Shown here piece after piece: positions 28,329 to 38,447 of a stretch of 64,000 nt of DNA. A model generated the notes under the pieces. That model saw nothing but the letters and a program-made list of their open reading frames with translations, ran no database searches and had not been told where the DNA came from. A program made the translations under genes and the position numbers. Origin of the DNA: an uncultured Verrucomicrobiae bacterium (GTDB lineage Bacteria > Verrucomicrobiota > Verrucomicrobiia > Chthoniobacterales > JAFAMB01); NCBI GenBank assembly GCA_963762565.1, contig CAVXLD010000012.1:352001-416000 (forward strand), read 5' to 3'. Numbering within the stretch: the first letter of the stretch is position 1; each line of letters begins with the position of its first letter.

Positions 28329-29176
28329 ATGAACCAGATGGTTGTCCAATCGCTTCAAGGGGTCGGTTTGCCGGCTCTGGCGGTGCTGATTGCAAGTGCG
28401 TTGTGGTTTGCCGTGTTCCCAAAACATCCGCGGGTTCGCGCGATTGGCATTGGGCTGATCGTCGCCGGGGGAACCATTTGGGCTATATTATTTGCCTTCG
28501 GCGGGTTGGCTTATCCTCCTCGTGAATCCGGCCAGTGGATTCCTTATCTAGCTGGAGTGGTTGCCTTAGCTGGTTGCCTTCAGGGCTTCCGGCTAGGGCG
28601 GCAGGTGACGAGTCTGGTTCTTTCGCTGATCACGGCGCTCATTTTATATTGGTCTCAAATATTCGGGAACCCCATGGCTTGCTCTGGATCCTCGCGATTA
28701 CGGTCGTGCTCTTCGTGAGCGCGATCTTGCTTCAACAGATGATTGAAGAACGTTGTTCTGGAGCGGAGCTCTCTCTCGGTCTGGCTCTTTCCGCTGGGGC
28801 CGGAGGTATCGCCATTTTCCTGGGAGGATCAGCGGTGCTCGGCCAAATCAGTGGGGCCCTTGGGCTCATCCTGGGAGTGGTCGCCATTCTGGCGTTCTTT
28901 TTTAATGCAACCGTGGGTCCAATTGTTCCGCTGATCTATGTGATGATTTTCGGGAGCTTGCTGCTGAACGGTTGCTTATTTGCCCAGCTGCCGTGGCTGA
29001 CGGCGATTCTTTTGTGGATCACCCCCTGGGCCCTCCTTTTCGGACAACGTTCGGACCAGCCGAGACTTGGTCGTCGAGCTGGTGCGCTCTGTCTGCGGCT
29101 AATCGGTGTTGTGATTATGGTGGCTGTCGCTCTCGGCTCCGTTTTCCTGCTTGCTCCTCCTAGTTCCGATATTTAA
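28329..29176 (+). CDS. Hypothetical multi-pass membrane protein, frameshifted
   Basis: Two overlapping hydrophobic ORFs (28329-28718, 28535-29176) read as one. Confidence 0.65.
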
Positions 29177-30304
29177 CCGACGGGTTATGCCCTGCATTTC
29201 GCCGCTGGTAATTGCGTCCCTTCCAAGACGATCTTTGCCCTCTCCAACACCGAATCGCCGACGACCAAGTCATCAGCAGATAAAGCGTAGCGACCAAAGG
29301 CAGGGTGATCACCAGCACAGGGGACTGCCGATAAAAACGAACGGTCGGCAGATAGGTGCCCCACATCAAGAGCAGCCCGAGCCCAGCGAAACACTTTGCC
29401 AACATCGAGTGGCTAGCCAGGCCCAAGACTGGAAACCAAAACAGAGTCAGCATCAAAAACGTCGTCACGAACAGCCAGAAGATCGAATAGTGGAGCTGGG
29501 TGAACGCGGTCCGAGTGACCATATGCCAGAAACTGCCAAGGTCGAGGTACCGCGCTGGCTTTTAGCCGAGTGTGTCAATCCGATCCAGGTGCTGCCGCCG
29601 ATTTGCTTGACCCTCTTCGCCAACTCGCAGTCATCGATAATGTTGCCTTTAAATGCAGCGAATCCTCCGATAGCCCGGAGCGTGTCGGCTCGGATCAGGA
29701 TACAACCTCCCGCCGCCACACCGAGTCTGGGAACGCGGATCGTTTCCCAGCCAAAGGGATAAAGCAGCTTGAAGAAGAAAATAAACGCCGGGCAAAGAAC
29801 ATTCTCCCAGAAAGTTTGCTTGCGTAATCTGCCATCAGCGAGACCAGGTCGAGTTTTCGCTCTCAGTTTCGTTTTGAGTGCGTCAACGGTGCCTGGCGCG
29901 AGCTCGATGTCTGCGTCGAGCAGCAAGATCATCGGCGTGGTCACCTGCTCGGGCCTTGCTGAAGAGCCCAAAGCTTGCCGACCCAACCTTCCGGCAATTC
30001 CCTGCCCGATAACATTGCAGATCTCCGCGCAAAGCTACTTTTCGGCGAGCTCGGCGGTGCCATCGGAGGACTGGTCGTCAATCACGACCACCGCCAGATC
30101 CTTGCCTTGCTTTTCCAGCGGCCCAGGGTGTCCGGCGAATGAAGCGGCCTCATTGCGGGCTGGAATCAGGACCTGAGATCGGATAGATCTGTATCCGATA
30201 TGCTCCGAGCTGTCGTGCTCCAGTAGTTCTCCGCGTGCTCCACGGCCTCCAGGGGAGCAGCAAGATGAATGGCCAGACGCGAGCGAGCCAATGAACAACG
30301 TCAT
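29160..30304 (-). CDS. Family 2 glycosyltransferase (HpnB-like), frameshifted
   Basis: VLIPARNEA, VIDDQSSDGT, LLLDADI, AAGGCILIR, IIDDCELA, MVTRTAFTQL, WKGR. Confidence 0.8.
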
Positions 30305-30413
30305 TCACTTCTCTTTAAGATCGTGCTAAATCAACAGTGCCATCGCGACCGGTATTGTCATGATCGCCCGTGCATTAAGCGAAAACCGGGTTCGTTCGTT
30401 GGGTCTTAGAAAG

Positions 30414-31381
30414 CTACCGGATCAACTGACCGACGATTTCAGATGCCATCAACTGAAGAACGTCCTTGCGCGACAGACGAAATAGATCGCCTTCAGTCGT
30501 CAACTGAAGCGCGCTCATGGCCACTCCGTACTGCAATCCGCGAACAAAGTTTCCCTCCAAGAGACCGGAGATCACACCCGCTGCGAAACTGTCTCCGGCA
30601 CCGATCCGATCGATCATGTCGACCGGGTATCCAGGAACGTGAACGGTGTTGCCTTGTTCGAAACCAACAGCCCCTGGTCACCGGTGGTGATGGCGACACG
30701 CGGCATCCCGAACAGGCCATGCAACTCTTTCGCGGCCGTAGCCGCTTCTCCGCTGATCTCGAAAATAGGTCCTAGATCGCGCTTACTCACAATCAAGGTG
30801 TCAACTCTGGACAACAGCGGCGCCAACTGGCTGCGGCACTCTTTGTGACTCCACAACAGAGCACGATAATTGACGTCAAAAATGACGGGGATTTTTGAGT
30901 CGTTGGCTCGGGCGATAACATTCTCAACTAGCCGGCTGCAACCCGCAGAAAGCGCGACGGTGATCCCGGTTAAGTGAATAAAACGCGCTTTGTTGAAGAG
31001 GGATAAGTCGAAGGTCGTTTCGTCCATGTTCCGGGCAGCGCTGGGAGCCCGGTCATACAAAACCTTTGTCGGACGCGGCGACGCCCCAAATTCTAGAAAG
31101 TAAGTTCCGACCCGGTCGATATCCGACCATGCGACATACGAACAATCAACGCCGTAGCCGGAAATCGTGTCCGCGATGCGATGGCCAAGAACGTTGTCCG
31201 GAAGCCGAGATAGCCACCGGGAAACGAACCCCATGCGGGCGACTGCCACAGCCACGTTACTCTCCGTTCCCGCAACATGAACGTCGAACGCCGGTGCATC
31301 CGCAAGCAACCGCCCCGCCGGAACCGAGAGACGCAGCATCGATTCACCGACGGTAACAAGATCAACCTCAGATGCTGGCAT
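30414..31381 (-). CDS. PfkB-family sugar kinase (KdgK-like), frameshifted
   Basis: GESMLRLS, AGTESNVA, FDVNYR, DRIGAGDSFAAG. Confidence 0.88.
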
Positions 31382-31401
31382 GGAATGACTGAAGAAATTT
31401 C

Positions 31402-31610
31402 ACCACAGAGACACAGAGAACACAGAGTAAACGATCCGCAGATTACGCAGATTACGCAGATTTCGTCTCGAGGTTTCGGTTGGCCATAGAATAAACATTA
31501 CGTCGCTAACACTAGAGTATGCTTTTACGTCGGCCGCTCAATTGGCGCGCCAAATCGTAATCTGCGTAATCTGCGAAATCTGCGGATAATTTACTCAGTG
31601 TCTCCGTGGT
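31402..31610. repeat. Nested inverted 9-mer micro-repeats (CACAGAGAA / CGCAGATTA)
   Basis: ccgcagattacgcagattacgcagat ... atctgcgtaatctgcgaaatctgcgg. Confidence 0.85.
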
Positions 31611-31613
31611 GAA

Positions 31614-32468
31614 TCATTTGGGTTTATGGGTGCGCCAACTGTATTTGGGCTCGTATTTCAGGATTCGCCTCGCTTTTTCAATCGAGAACAGCGACTGGTT
31701 CGGCCCGAAAGAACCTTTCTGCGGAACGTCGGGAAATACTTCTGCCAACAGTTCTTTGTTGTCCCTGAGCATCACTGTGTCAGCATTTGCGATAATGAAA
31801 ACTTCGGCTCCCTTCAGATCGACTTCTAGAGCCAACCGGAACGCTTGAGCCGCATCTCGCGCGTCGATGTAACTCCAGACGTTCCATTTTCGCTTTCGAG
31901 GGTCATCCTGAAAGCCGGGGAACCGGGCATAATTTTCCGGATTCATCACGTTAGATAGACGGAGACCGATGATTTTGAGATCTGGGTCCCATCGGCAAAA
32001 CTGCTTGGCCATTTCTTCGCCAACTAGCTTGGAAAGCGAATACGCCGTTTCAGGTCTACCCGGGTATTCTTCATCCACTGGGACATAGGGGGGTGGTGTA
32101 TCGAATGGCAATCCTAAGACGGTTTCGCTCGACGCCCATACGATGTTCTTGATCTGGAGTTGTCTGGCTGCCTCGAACACGTTGTAGGTGCTGATTGTGT
32201 TAGTCTCAAATATCACGTGATTAGGGGCCAGACCCGGGGCTGGGATTGCGGCCAGATGAACAATGCCGGTTACCTTTTGCACCCGCTCATCGATCGCCGA
32301 TAACGCTGCCATCGTTTGACCGAAATCGGTTATATCAACCCGGCTGCCCGGAACACCCTGATCGCCCGCCGCAACCTGATCGATATTGCAGATTTGATAT
32401 CCGTGAGCCACGAGTTCCTTGATACAGGCTCGACCCGCTTTGCCGCTACCGCCGGTAACCACAATCAT
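31614..32468 (-). CDS. NAD-dependent epimerase/dehydratase
   Basis: VVTGGSGKAG, VHLAA, YSLSK, YIDARD. Confidence 0.9.
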   Translation of the reverse strand: MIVVTGGSGKAGRACIKELVAHGYQICNIDQVAAGDQGVPGSRVDITDFGQTMAALSAIDERVQKVTGIVHLAAIPAPGLAPNHVIFETNTISTYNVFEAARQLQIKNIVWASSETVLGLPFDTPPPYVPVDEEYPGRPETAYSLSKLVGEEMAKQFCRWDPDLKIIGLRLSNVMNPENYARFPGFQDDPRKRKWNVWSYIDARDAAQAFRLALEVDLKGAEVFIIANADTVMLRDNKELLAEVFPDVPQKGSFGPNQSLFSIEKARRILKYEPKYSWRTHKPK

Positions 32469-32654
32469 GGAGGGCACTGAATCGTAGCCCGGAGAAATAG
32501 CAACCGCGAATGGATCCGCCTCCGCCAAGCCTACGGCGCGACGGGCCGCGAAGAGAAACCCCAATTCAACCGCGGATCAACGTAGATGGAAGGCGCATGG
32601 CGGGCAGTGGGTTCACACCGTCCACTCAGTCCACTGTGTCCACTCAGTCCACTT

Positions 32655-33899
32655 CTACGCCGGTTCCACCAACGAGACTCCCATTCTTGTCCTGCGGAAA
32701 TGAAAATAGGCCTGCACAAACGCCATAGCCTGGGCCAAAGCCGCTACAAAGAATACAATGCCCACCCGGAAATCCGTGGCCTGAAGACCGGAGACCTGTG
32801 CTAGCAACGGTGCTCCGACTAAAGGTGCGATTACTCCCATGATACTACTGATCGAGTTCAGCGAACCCAGCATTATCCCTTGGTGACGCGGATCCACCGC
32901 CTTAGACACGATCCCTTGCAAGGCTGGGTTTATAACGAAACCCAACACGTTGATTAAAATGATCGCGTACATCATCCAGCCTTGGAAAGCGAGTCCGTAG
33001 AGCACGTAAGCCACTGAAGAAGACGCCATACCCGCTAAGGCCGTGCGAGTGTCACCGAATTTCTTCAAAAGCAGGCCGAGCAAACCCGCTTGAGCGATGG
33101 TGCTGGCAATGCCAACTACAAAGAGCGATATGCCATTCGCTTGTGGCCCCCAGCCGAATCGAAACGAAGTGTAAAGCACCCACGTGGTCTGGAGCATGAA
33201 TTGGCCAAACACACTGAAAATATAGACCAGCACCAAACTGCCGATTCCCCGCACCTGCGTCAGCGCCAGGATCGCTGAGAACGGGTTTACTTTCTTAAAA
33301 TCGATCGCAGTCCGGCGTTCCTTCGACAGGGATTCCGGCAAAATAAAATAGCCGTTAAGCCAATTTAACAGAGCAAGAACGGCTGCGGCGAAATAAGGCA
33401 ACCGCAAGTTATTAGCGGCTAACAAACCACCGATCATCGGTCCGCAGATGAAGCCAAGCCCGAACACGGCGCCCATCAGTCCAAAGCTCCGGCTGCGATT
33501 CTCCGGTGTAGTGACATCGGCAATGTAAGCGCCAGCCACGGTGTAACTTGCGCCCGACGCACCGCCGATCAGACGAGATACCAGCAAAAGCCAAAGCCAG
33601 GGGGAGATCGCGGTAATTAAAAAATTGAGTCCAAGACCAAAGATCGAGATGAGCAGAACCGAACGCCGGCCGAACCGATCGCTAATCGCGCCAAGCAGCG
33701 GAGCGGAGAAGAATTGCGCCAATCCGTACGAAGCCAATAATGCTCCGTACCAATACGCTTGTGCCGGTTTGTCGGCCGTCATGCTGGAAACGAGCGCCGG
33801 CAATACCGGGATAACAATCCCGAACCCCAGCATGTCCAGAAATACTGTCGCCAGGATGAAGGGCAGACCGGCTTTTCGACCTCGGAACATAGAAATCAT
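32655..33899 (-). CDS. TCR/Tet family MFS transporter
   Basis: DMLGFGIVIPVLP, GAISDRFGRR motif A, GFICGPMIGG motif C. Confidence 0.9.
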   Translation of the reverse strand: MISMFRGRKAGLPFILATVFLDMLGFGIVIPVLPALVSSMTADKPAQAYWYGALLASYGLAQFFSAPLLGAISDRFGRRSVLLISIFGLGLNFLITAISPWLWLLLVSRLIGGASGASYTVAGAYIADVTTPENRSRSFGLMGAVFGLGFICGPMIGGLLAANNLRLPYFAAAVLALLNWLNGYFILPESLSKERRTAIDFKKVNPFSAILALTQVRGIGSLVLVYIFSVFGQFMLQTTWVLYTSFRFGWGPQANGISLFVVGIASTIAQAGLLGLLLKKFGDTRTALAGMASSSVAYVLYGLAFQGWMMYAIILINVLGFVINPALQGIVSKAVDPRHQGIMLGSLNSISSIMGVIAPLVGAPLLAQVSGLQATDFRVGIVFFVAALAQAMAFVQAYFHFRRTRMGVSLVEPA

Positions 33900-34047
33900 T
33901 GGGTGCGGGAGGTCGCGAAAGGTACCGCGAATGCATGCTAATGAAAGGCGTAATAGCAGGAGTTCAGGGTGGGGTGGACTACAACATTGCAAGCATGAAG
34001 GTCCTATGCACGAGAATCGTAGAACAACCCTATACCCAAGATAGCAG

Positions 34048-34084
34048 GCTCCTGAACTCCTGAACTCCTGCAACTCCTACTCCT
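34048..34084. repeat. (GAACTCCT[T/G])n micro-tandem repeat
   Basis: ctcctgaactcctgaactcctgcaactcctactcct; also 41168-41199, 46475-46513 and ~50160. Confidence 0.7.
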
Positions 34085-35060
34085 TTAATCTGCTCTGCGT
34101 TGTGGCGCGATGAAGAGTCTGCCTGCCTGGCGCCGGCAGGAGTTACCGGCTGAAAGATTGACCTTTGCGATCTCTTGATGGTTTAGCATGGAGCGGATTT
34201 GTTCTACCTCTTCAAAACCGACATCATTGATCTGTTTCCGAGTTAACCATTGGTGAATTACTCTGCGTTGTAGCGCCACGGGTAGCGTTCTCAGGTCGCG
34301 CACAGGCAACTGCATCTAGTTCCCACCAGCCAGGTGTTAACTGACGGAGCAGCTCGGCTTCATCAGCCGCAATCTCACATAGTCGCAAAAGATTTGCTTT
34401 AAATGGCCGGCCTAGGATTTGCTCAATCTGGGGCACTAACAGATTCCGGATCCGGTTACGCGTAAATTTATTCTCCGCGTTAGTAACGTCCTCGGAAAAT
34501 TTGAGACGCCGTTTCCTGGCATAATCGCGAATTTGCGTTTTCCAGACCTGGAGGAGAGGCCGGACGAAAACAAGCTCGGATCCCTCCACCGAGATTCGCG
34601 TTTTTGTTCGCATCGCCGCGTGGCCAATCGCACCCGTGCCACGCAGCAGGTTCAACAGAAAAGTTTCAACTTGGTCATCCGCATGATGACCGAGAAAGAC
34701 ATGCTTAGCGCCGAATTTCTTCGCTGCCTTAGCAAAGAAATGCTGGCGAGCTTGGCGAGCAGCGGTTTCCAGGGAAAGTTTGGCCGGCCATTCCTCGACT
34801 TGATCCTGAAAGATTGGCAGCTTCAGACGGCTCGCCAGTCGCCGGATGAATTGGGCTTCTCGTTCACTATCGATACCACGCAACCGGTGATCGAGGTGAC
34901 AAATCACCAGGTTGCCGAGGCCTGCGTCCAACAAGATTTGTAGGAGTACCCGGGAATCGATCCCGCCAGAAACACCGACCAGGTAAGGCGGTGCTTTTGG
35001 ATAAGGTTGAAGGCTCTGGGTCGCCTCTTCGACCCAGGCTAAGCGTTGATCTACAGGCAT
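34085..35060 (-). CDS. tilS: tRNA(Ile)-lysidine synthetase, frameshift near the 3' end
   Basis: VGVSGGIDS PP-loop, HLDHRLR, GHHADDQVET, RPLL, RNRIR. Confidence 0.92.
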
Positions 35061-35110
35061 GGTCCTTTTTCATAGAACCATGCCTGTGCAGCTTGAGCAA
35101 TTAACCTGAT

Positions 35111-36706
35111 CTAGAGATTAGGGTCGGTAGCTAAAGTCTCGCCAATGGGTGAGCCGATGCCGCTCACGTTATCGTATCCAACTTTGGCATTATATTCACC
35201 ATTGCTGCCTTGAGTCACGTCGTAGAAATCGGTATACCCGGACTTCTTGAACGCCCTGTAAATGTCCGGATTAACGTAGCCTAGCCGCGTTCCTTTCACT
35301 TGATTGATCTCAAGTTGGAGCGCCACATAGGTAGGTGAGCTCCAGGAAGTGCCTTCACCCGATACCCATCCTCCTGAGACAAAAATGTCAACCAAGTCAG
35401 CTGGGAACGATAGATCGGGCACATTCCGGGTGGTGGTTGACGCTAAGCCGCTGACCCCTTTTTGATACTTGGGAATCGCGTACAAGCTGGAAACGCCGCC
35501 GCCCGAACCGCTCCAAGCTTGGTCAGTCACATATGTACCACCGCTGTAGCTGATATCGGTTCCGCCCAAGGAGATTACCTGCGGCACTACCGCGGGCCAG
35601 CTAACGATCCCGCCGTTGGACCCACTGTCACCGCTCGATGCCGACCAGGTGATGCCTTTGGCTTCCCCGGCTTTCACAGCCGCCGTGAACGTTGCGTCTT
35701 TGAACTCGTCGCCCCCAAAACTCATATTCACCGCTTCCGCAGTATTGTCGGAAACGATTTTATTGGCCGCGCCGTTAATGTCAGCGGTAGACAATTCCTT
35801 GATCAGGTACAGGATGATGTCGGCTCCCGGCGCCAGGCCGCCGATTGTCTCGGTGTCGAGTGCTGTCTCATCCACATCGCTATTGATCGCGCCGGTACCG
35901 CTGACGATCTCGCGGGAGATTGTACCCGTGCGCGTGATCGGGAAATAGGAGAAAAAGCTGGTCAAGTCCGAAGTTTTGACATTCGAATCGATGATGATCG
36001 CAGCGGTATGCCCGGTGCCGTCGTATCCATTCTGGACCGGGAAATTGAAATCGTTGGCTAAGGCTACCGGAGTATATCCACCACCTGGACCTTGAATCGG
36101 GCCGGTAATGGAGTCCCGATGAACACCGACTTTCGCCACGATCAAGTTGTCGACATGAATGGCGAGAACCAGCGGAATCAGAGAATCCGGTAACAACGCG
36201 GGTGTCACGTTCATGTAACGGTCGCCGCCGGCAGCTTGCGCAACCGTGTGGATCTCAGTCTTGAAGTAGCTTTCCACTAGAGCGCTCGTCGCCTTTGCAT
36301 ACACCAGGACCCGGTTTGACGTGGTCTGGGTTATCTGAAAGCCGGCTTTTTGGAGCGCGCTGGTCACGCTGTTTAATTGTTCAGCCGTGGGCCCAAATCG
36401 CTCGTCAAACTGAGCAGTTGTCAAATACTTGTGGTAGTTCGCGGAGCTGGGATCGCTCTGTTCCTCTACGAGTCGATCCAGATCGTCGGAGTGGTTGTAA
36501 CGGAGGGTAACAACAACATCGACCAGTGCGCTTCCAGCTCGGCGACCTAAGTCTTGAACGCCAGCTATCGGTAGTACTTCGGCACCGATGGCTGGGTTTT
36601 CGTTAGTGGTTGCCGCGTCATCTCCTGCATAAACTCGGCTGATTCCAATACAAGCGAATAGGAGCCCAGAGAATAGACCGATGCGATACAATTCCTGCTT
36701 CAACAT
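35111..36706 (-). CDS. Secreted S53 (sedolisin/kumamolisin) peptidase with pro-domain
   Basis: Pro-domain YHKYLT..FGP, ETALD, SSGDSG, GSGGG.S, RNVPD, GTSWSSP, GYDNVSGIGSP. Confidence 0.92.
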   Translation of the reverse strand: MLKQELYRIGLFSGLLFACIGISRVYAGDDAATTNENPAIGAEVLPIAGVQDLGRRAGSALVDVVVTLRYNHSDDLDRLVEEQSDPSSANYHKYLTTAQFDERFGPTAEQLNSVTSALQKAGFQITQTTSNRVLVYAKATSALVESYFKTEIHTVAQAAGGDRYMNVTPALLPDSLIPLVLAIHVDNLIVAKVGVHRDSITGPIQGPGGGYTPVALANDFNFPVQNGYDGTGHTAAIIIDSNVKTSDLTSFFSYFPITRTGTISREIVSGTGAINSDVDETALDTETIGGLAPGADIILYLIKELSTADINGAANKIVSDNTAEAVNMSFGGDEFKDATFTAAVKAGEAKGITWSASSGDSGSNGGIVSWPAVVPQVISLGGTDISYSGGTYVTDQAWSGSGGGVSSLYAIPKYQKGVSGLASTTTRNVPDLSFPADLVDIFVSGGWVSGEGTSWSSPTYVALQLEINQVKGTRLGYVNPDIYRAFKKSGYTDFYDVTQGSNGEYNAKVGYDNVSGIGSPIGETLATDPNL

Positions 36707-36808
36707 AGGTATTTAGTTTGGATTAATGTCTACGGGGCCCAAAAATGGGTGACCAGCAGTAACATCTTTGCCTGAAACTGTCGAAAGCAATCTTACACGA
36801 CGTTTCTC

Positions 36809-36976
36809 GTGGAGCGTGCCTCGCTCGCGAGGCCGCGGTAAACAGGGTCCAGGGCTTGATGCAAGCCTATTTTTGTCAGCGCTCTGGATCTTCATGCAAA
36901 AGAGCACAGCCAAGCGAGGCGCCCACCGCGCTATCAGTCTTGCTTACCACGGCCTCGCAAGCGAGGCACGTTCCAC
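36809..36976. repeat. REPIN/MITE-like element, family B
   Basis: gtggagcgtgcctcgctcgcgaggccg ... cggcctcgcaagcgaggcacgttccac. Confidence 0.8.
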
Positions 36977-37008
36977 GAGAAGCGCGCTTGTTGCTTTCGG
37001 CGTCACGG

Positions 37009-38001
37009 CTATGCCGGCGTTAAGACAGCAGCGCCTTCCAATTTGCCTTTACGCGCTGCATCCAAGGCCTCGTTTGCTTGAGCGAGCGGAAACCGGGTAA
37101 CTCTGGGTTGGATCCTCGCCGCGGGGGCCAGCCGAAGAAATTCTTCGGCGTCTCGGCGAGTCAAATTAGCGACAGAACAGAGGGTTCGTTCTCCCCAAAG
37201 CCAGGCGTAAGGGAAAGCAGGGATATCGCTCATATGAATCCCACCACAAACCACCCGGCCTCCTTTATCAACTGCCTGCAACGCTTGAGGAACCAAAGGC
37301 CCAGCCGGAGCAAATATGATGGCGGCGTCGAGCGGGTCGGGCGGTAATTGGTCGGAACCGCCGGCCCAGGTTGCACCTAACTCTTTGGCGAAGAGCTGAC
37401 CAGGCGTGTCTCCCGGGCGAGTAAAAGCAAATATCGCTCGACCTTGGTAAGTCGCTGCCTGTGCTACCAAGTGTGCAGCTGCGCCGAACCCGTAAATACC
37501 AAGTTTTTTGACTCGGTCCGCTGGGCCGGCTAGAACCAGCGACCGGTATCCGATCAGTCCCGCGCACAACAAGGGAGCGGCAACCGCTGGGTCGCTATAA
37601 TAATCTGGAATTCTGAAACAGAAGCGTTCGTCGGCGACCGCATATTCAGCATAACCGCCGTCGCGTGTGTAACCGGTGAACAGAGCGTTCTCACAAAGAT
37701 TTTCTTTATCTGCGAGGCAAAACCGGCAATGGCCGCACGTGCGACCCAGCCATGGGATCCCAACTCGTTCCCCGATGTTGAATCGGCCAGACACACACTG
37801 GCTAACCGTGCCAACAATTTCGTGCCCGGGGATAAGCGGCAGTTTCGGTTTCGGCAGCTCTCCGTCTACAACATGCAGATCGGTCCGGCACACCGCACAG
37901 GCCTCTACTTTAACCAGTAGTTCACCATTCCTTGGTTTAGGTACCGGAACCTGAGCCGGACTCAATGGTGTTAAAGGCTGGGTTAACACCATGGCGAACA
38001 T
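37009..38001 (-). CDS. Zinc-dependent alcohol dehydrogenase family protein
   Basis: CAVCRTDLH, PGHEIVG, CGHCRFC..ENLC, PLLCAG, GIYGFGAAAH. Confidence 0.92.
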   Translation of the reverse strand: MFAMVLTQPLTPLSPAQVPVPKPRNGELLVKVEACAVCRTDLHVVDGELPKPKLPLIPGHEIVGTVSQCVSGRFNIGERVGIPWLGRTCGHCRFCLADKENLCENALFTGYTRDGGYAEYAVADERFCFRIPDYYSDPAVAAPLLCAGLIGYRSLVLAGPADRVKKLGIYGFGAAAHLVAQAATYQGRAIFAFTRPGDTPGQLFAKELGATWAGGSDQLPPDPLDAAIIFAPAGPLVPQALQAVDKGGRVVCGGIHMSDIPAFPYAWLWGERTLCSVANLTRRDAEEFLRLAPAARIQPRVTRFPLAQANEALDAARKGKLEGAAVLTPA

Positions 38002-38097
38002 GCTGCTGGGGACTTCCACGGTTGGCACGCTGAAAACCGTCGAGCTTGGTGTCCCGGCGTCAAGGCCGTATTCGTAGTAGTCGTTCCGTCGTTTTGG

Positions 38098-38305
38098 AGG
38101 GGTCGCCACCCGTGGAGCGCTGCCTCGCTTGCGAGGCCGTGGTAAACAGGGGAAAACCGTGATGCATATCGAATTTCTGTCTGCGCTCTATTGCGAGGTC
38201 GGCCTTTTACACAGAAGAGCGCAGCTTGACGATTCGTCTTTCCACACCCTTGGCTCCGCTCACCACGGCCTCGCAAGCGAGGCACGCTCCAGGGGTGGCG
38301 GCCCC
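38098..38305. repeat. REPIN/MITE-like element, family B
   Basis: ggggtcgccacccgtggagcgctgcctcgcttgcgaggccg ... cggcctcgcaagcgaggcacgctccaggggtggcggcccc. Confidence 0.8.
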
Positions 38306-38447
38306 TTCAACTTTTCGAGCACGAGGACGAGGACGATTACGAGAACGATTTTTCAGCGGTTATTACGACCGCTAAAAAAGTACAGCACCAACCCCCCTCC
38401 TAGAGGTTGGTGCTGCTCGGCTGCATCGCCAGAACCGCCGGGCGTGC

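Noticed and set aside
32655..33899. Acquired tetracycline resistance gene tetA
   Set aside because: Only family-level MFS motifs are visible, with no tetR or mobile context, so the substrate cannot be assigned.
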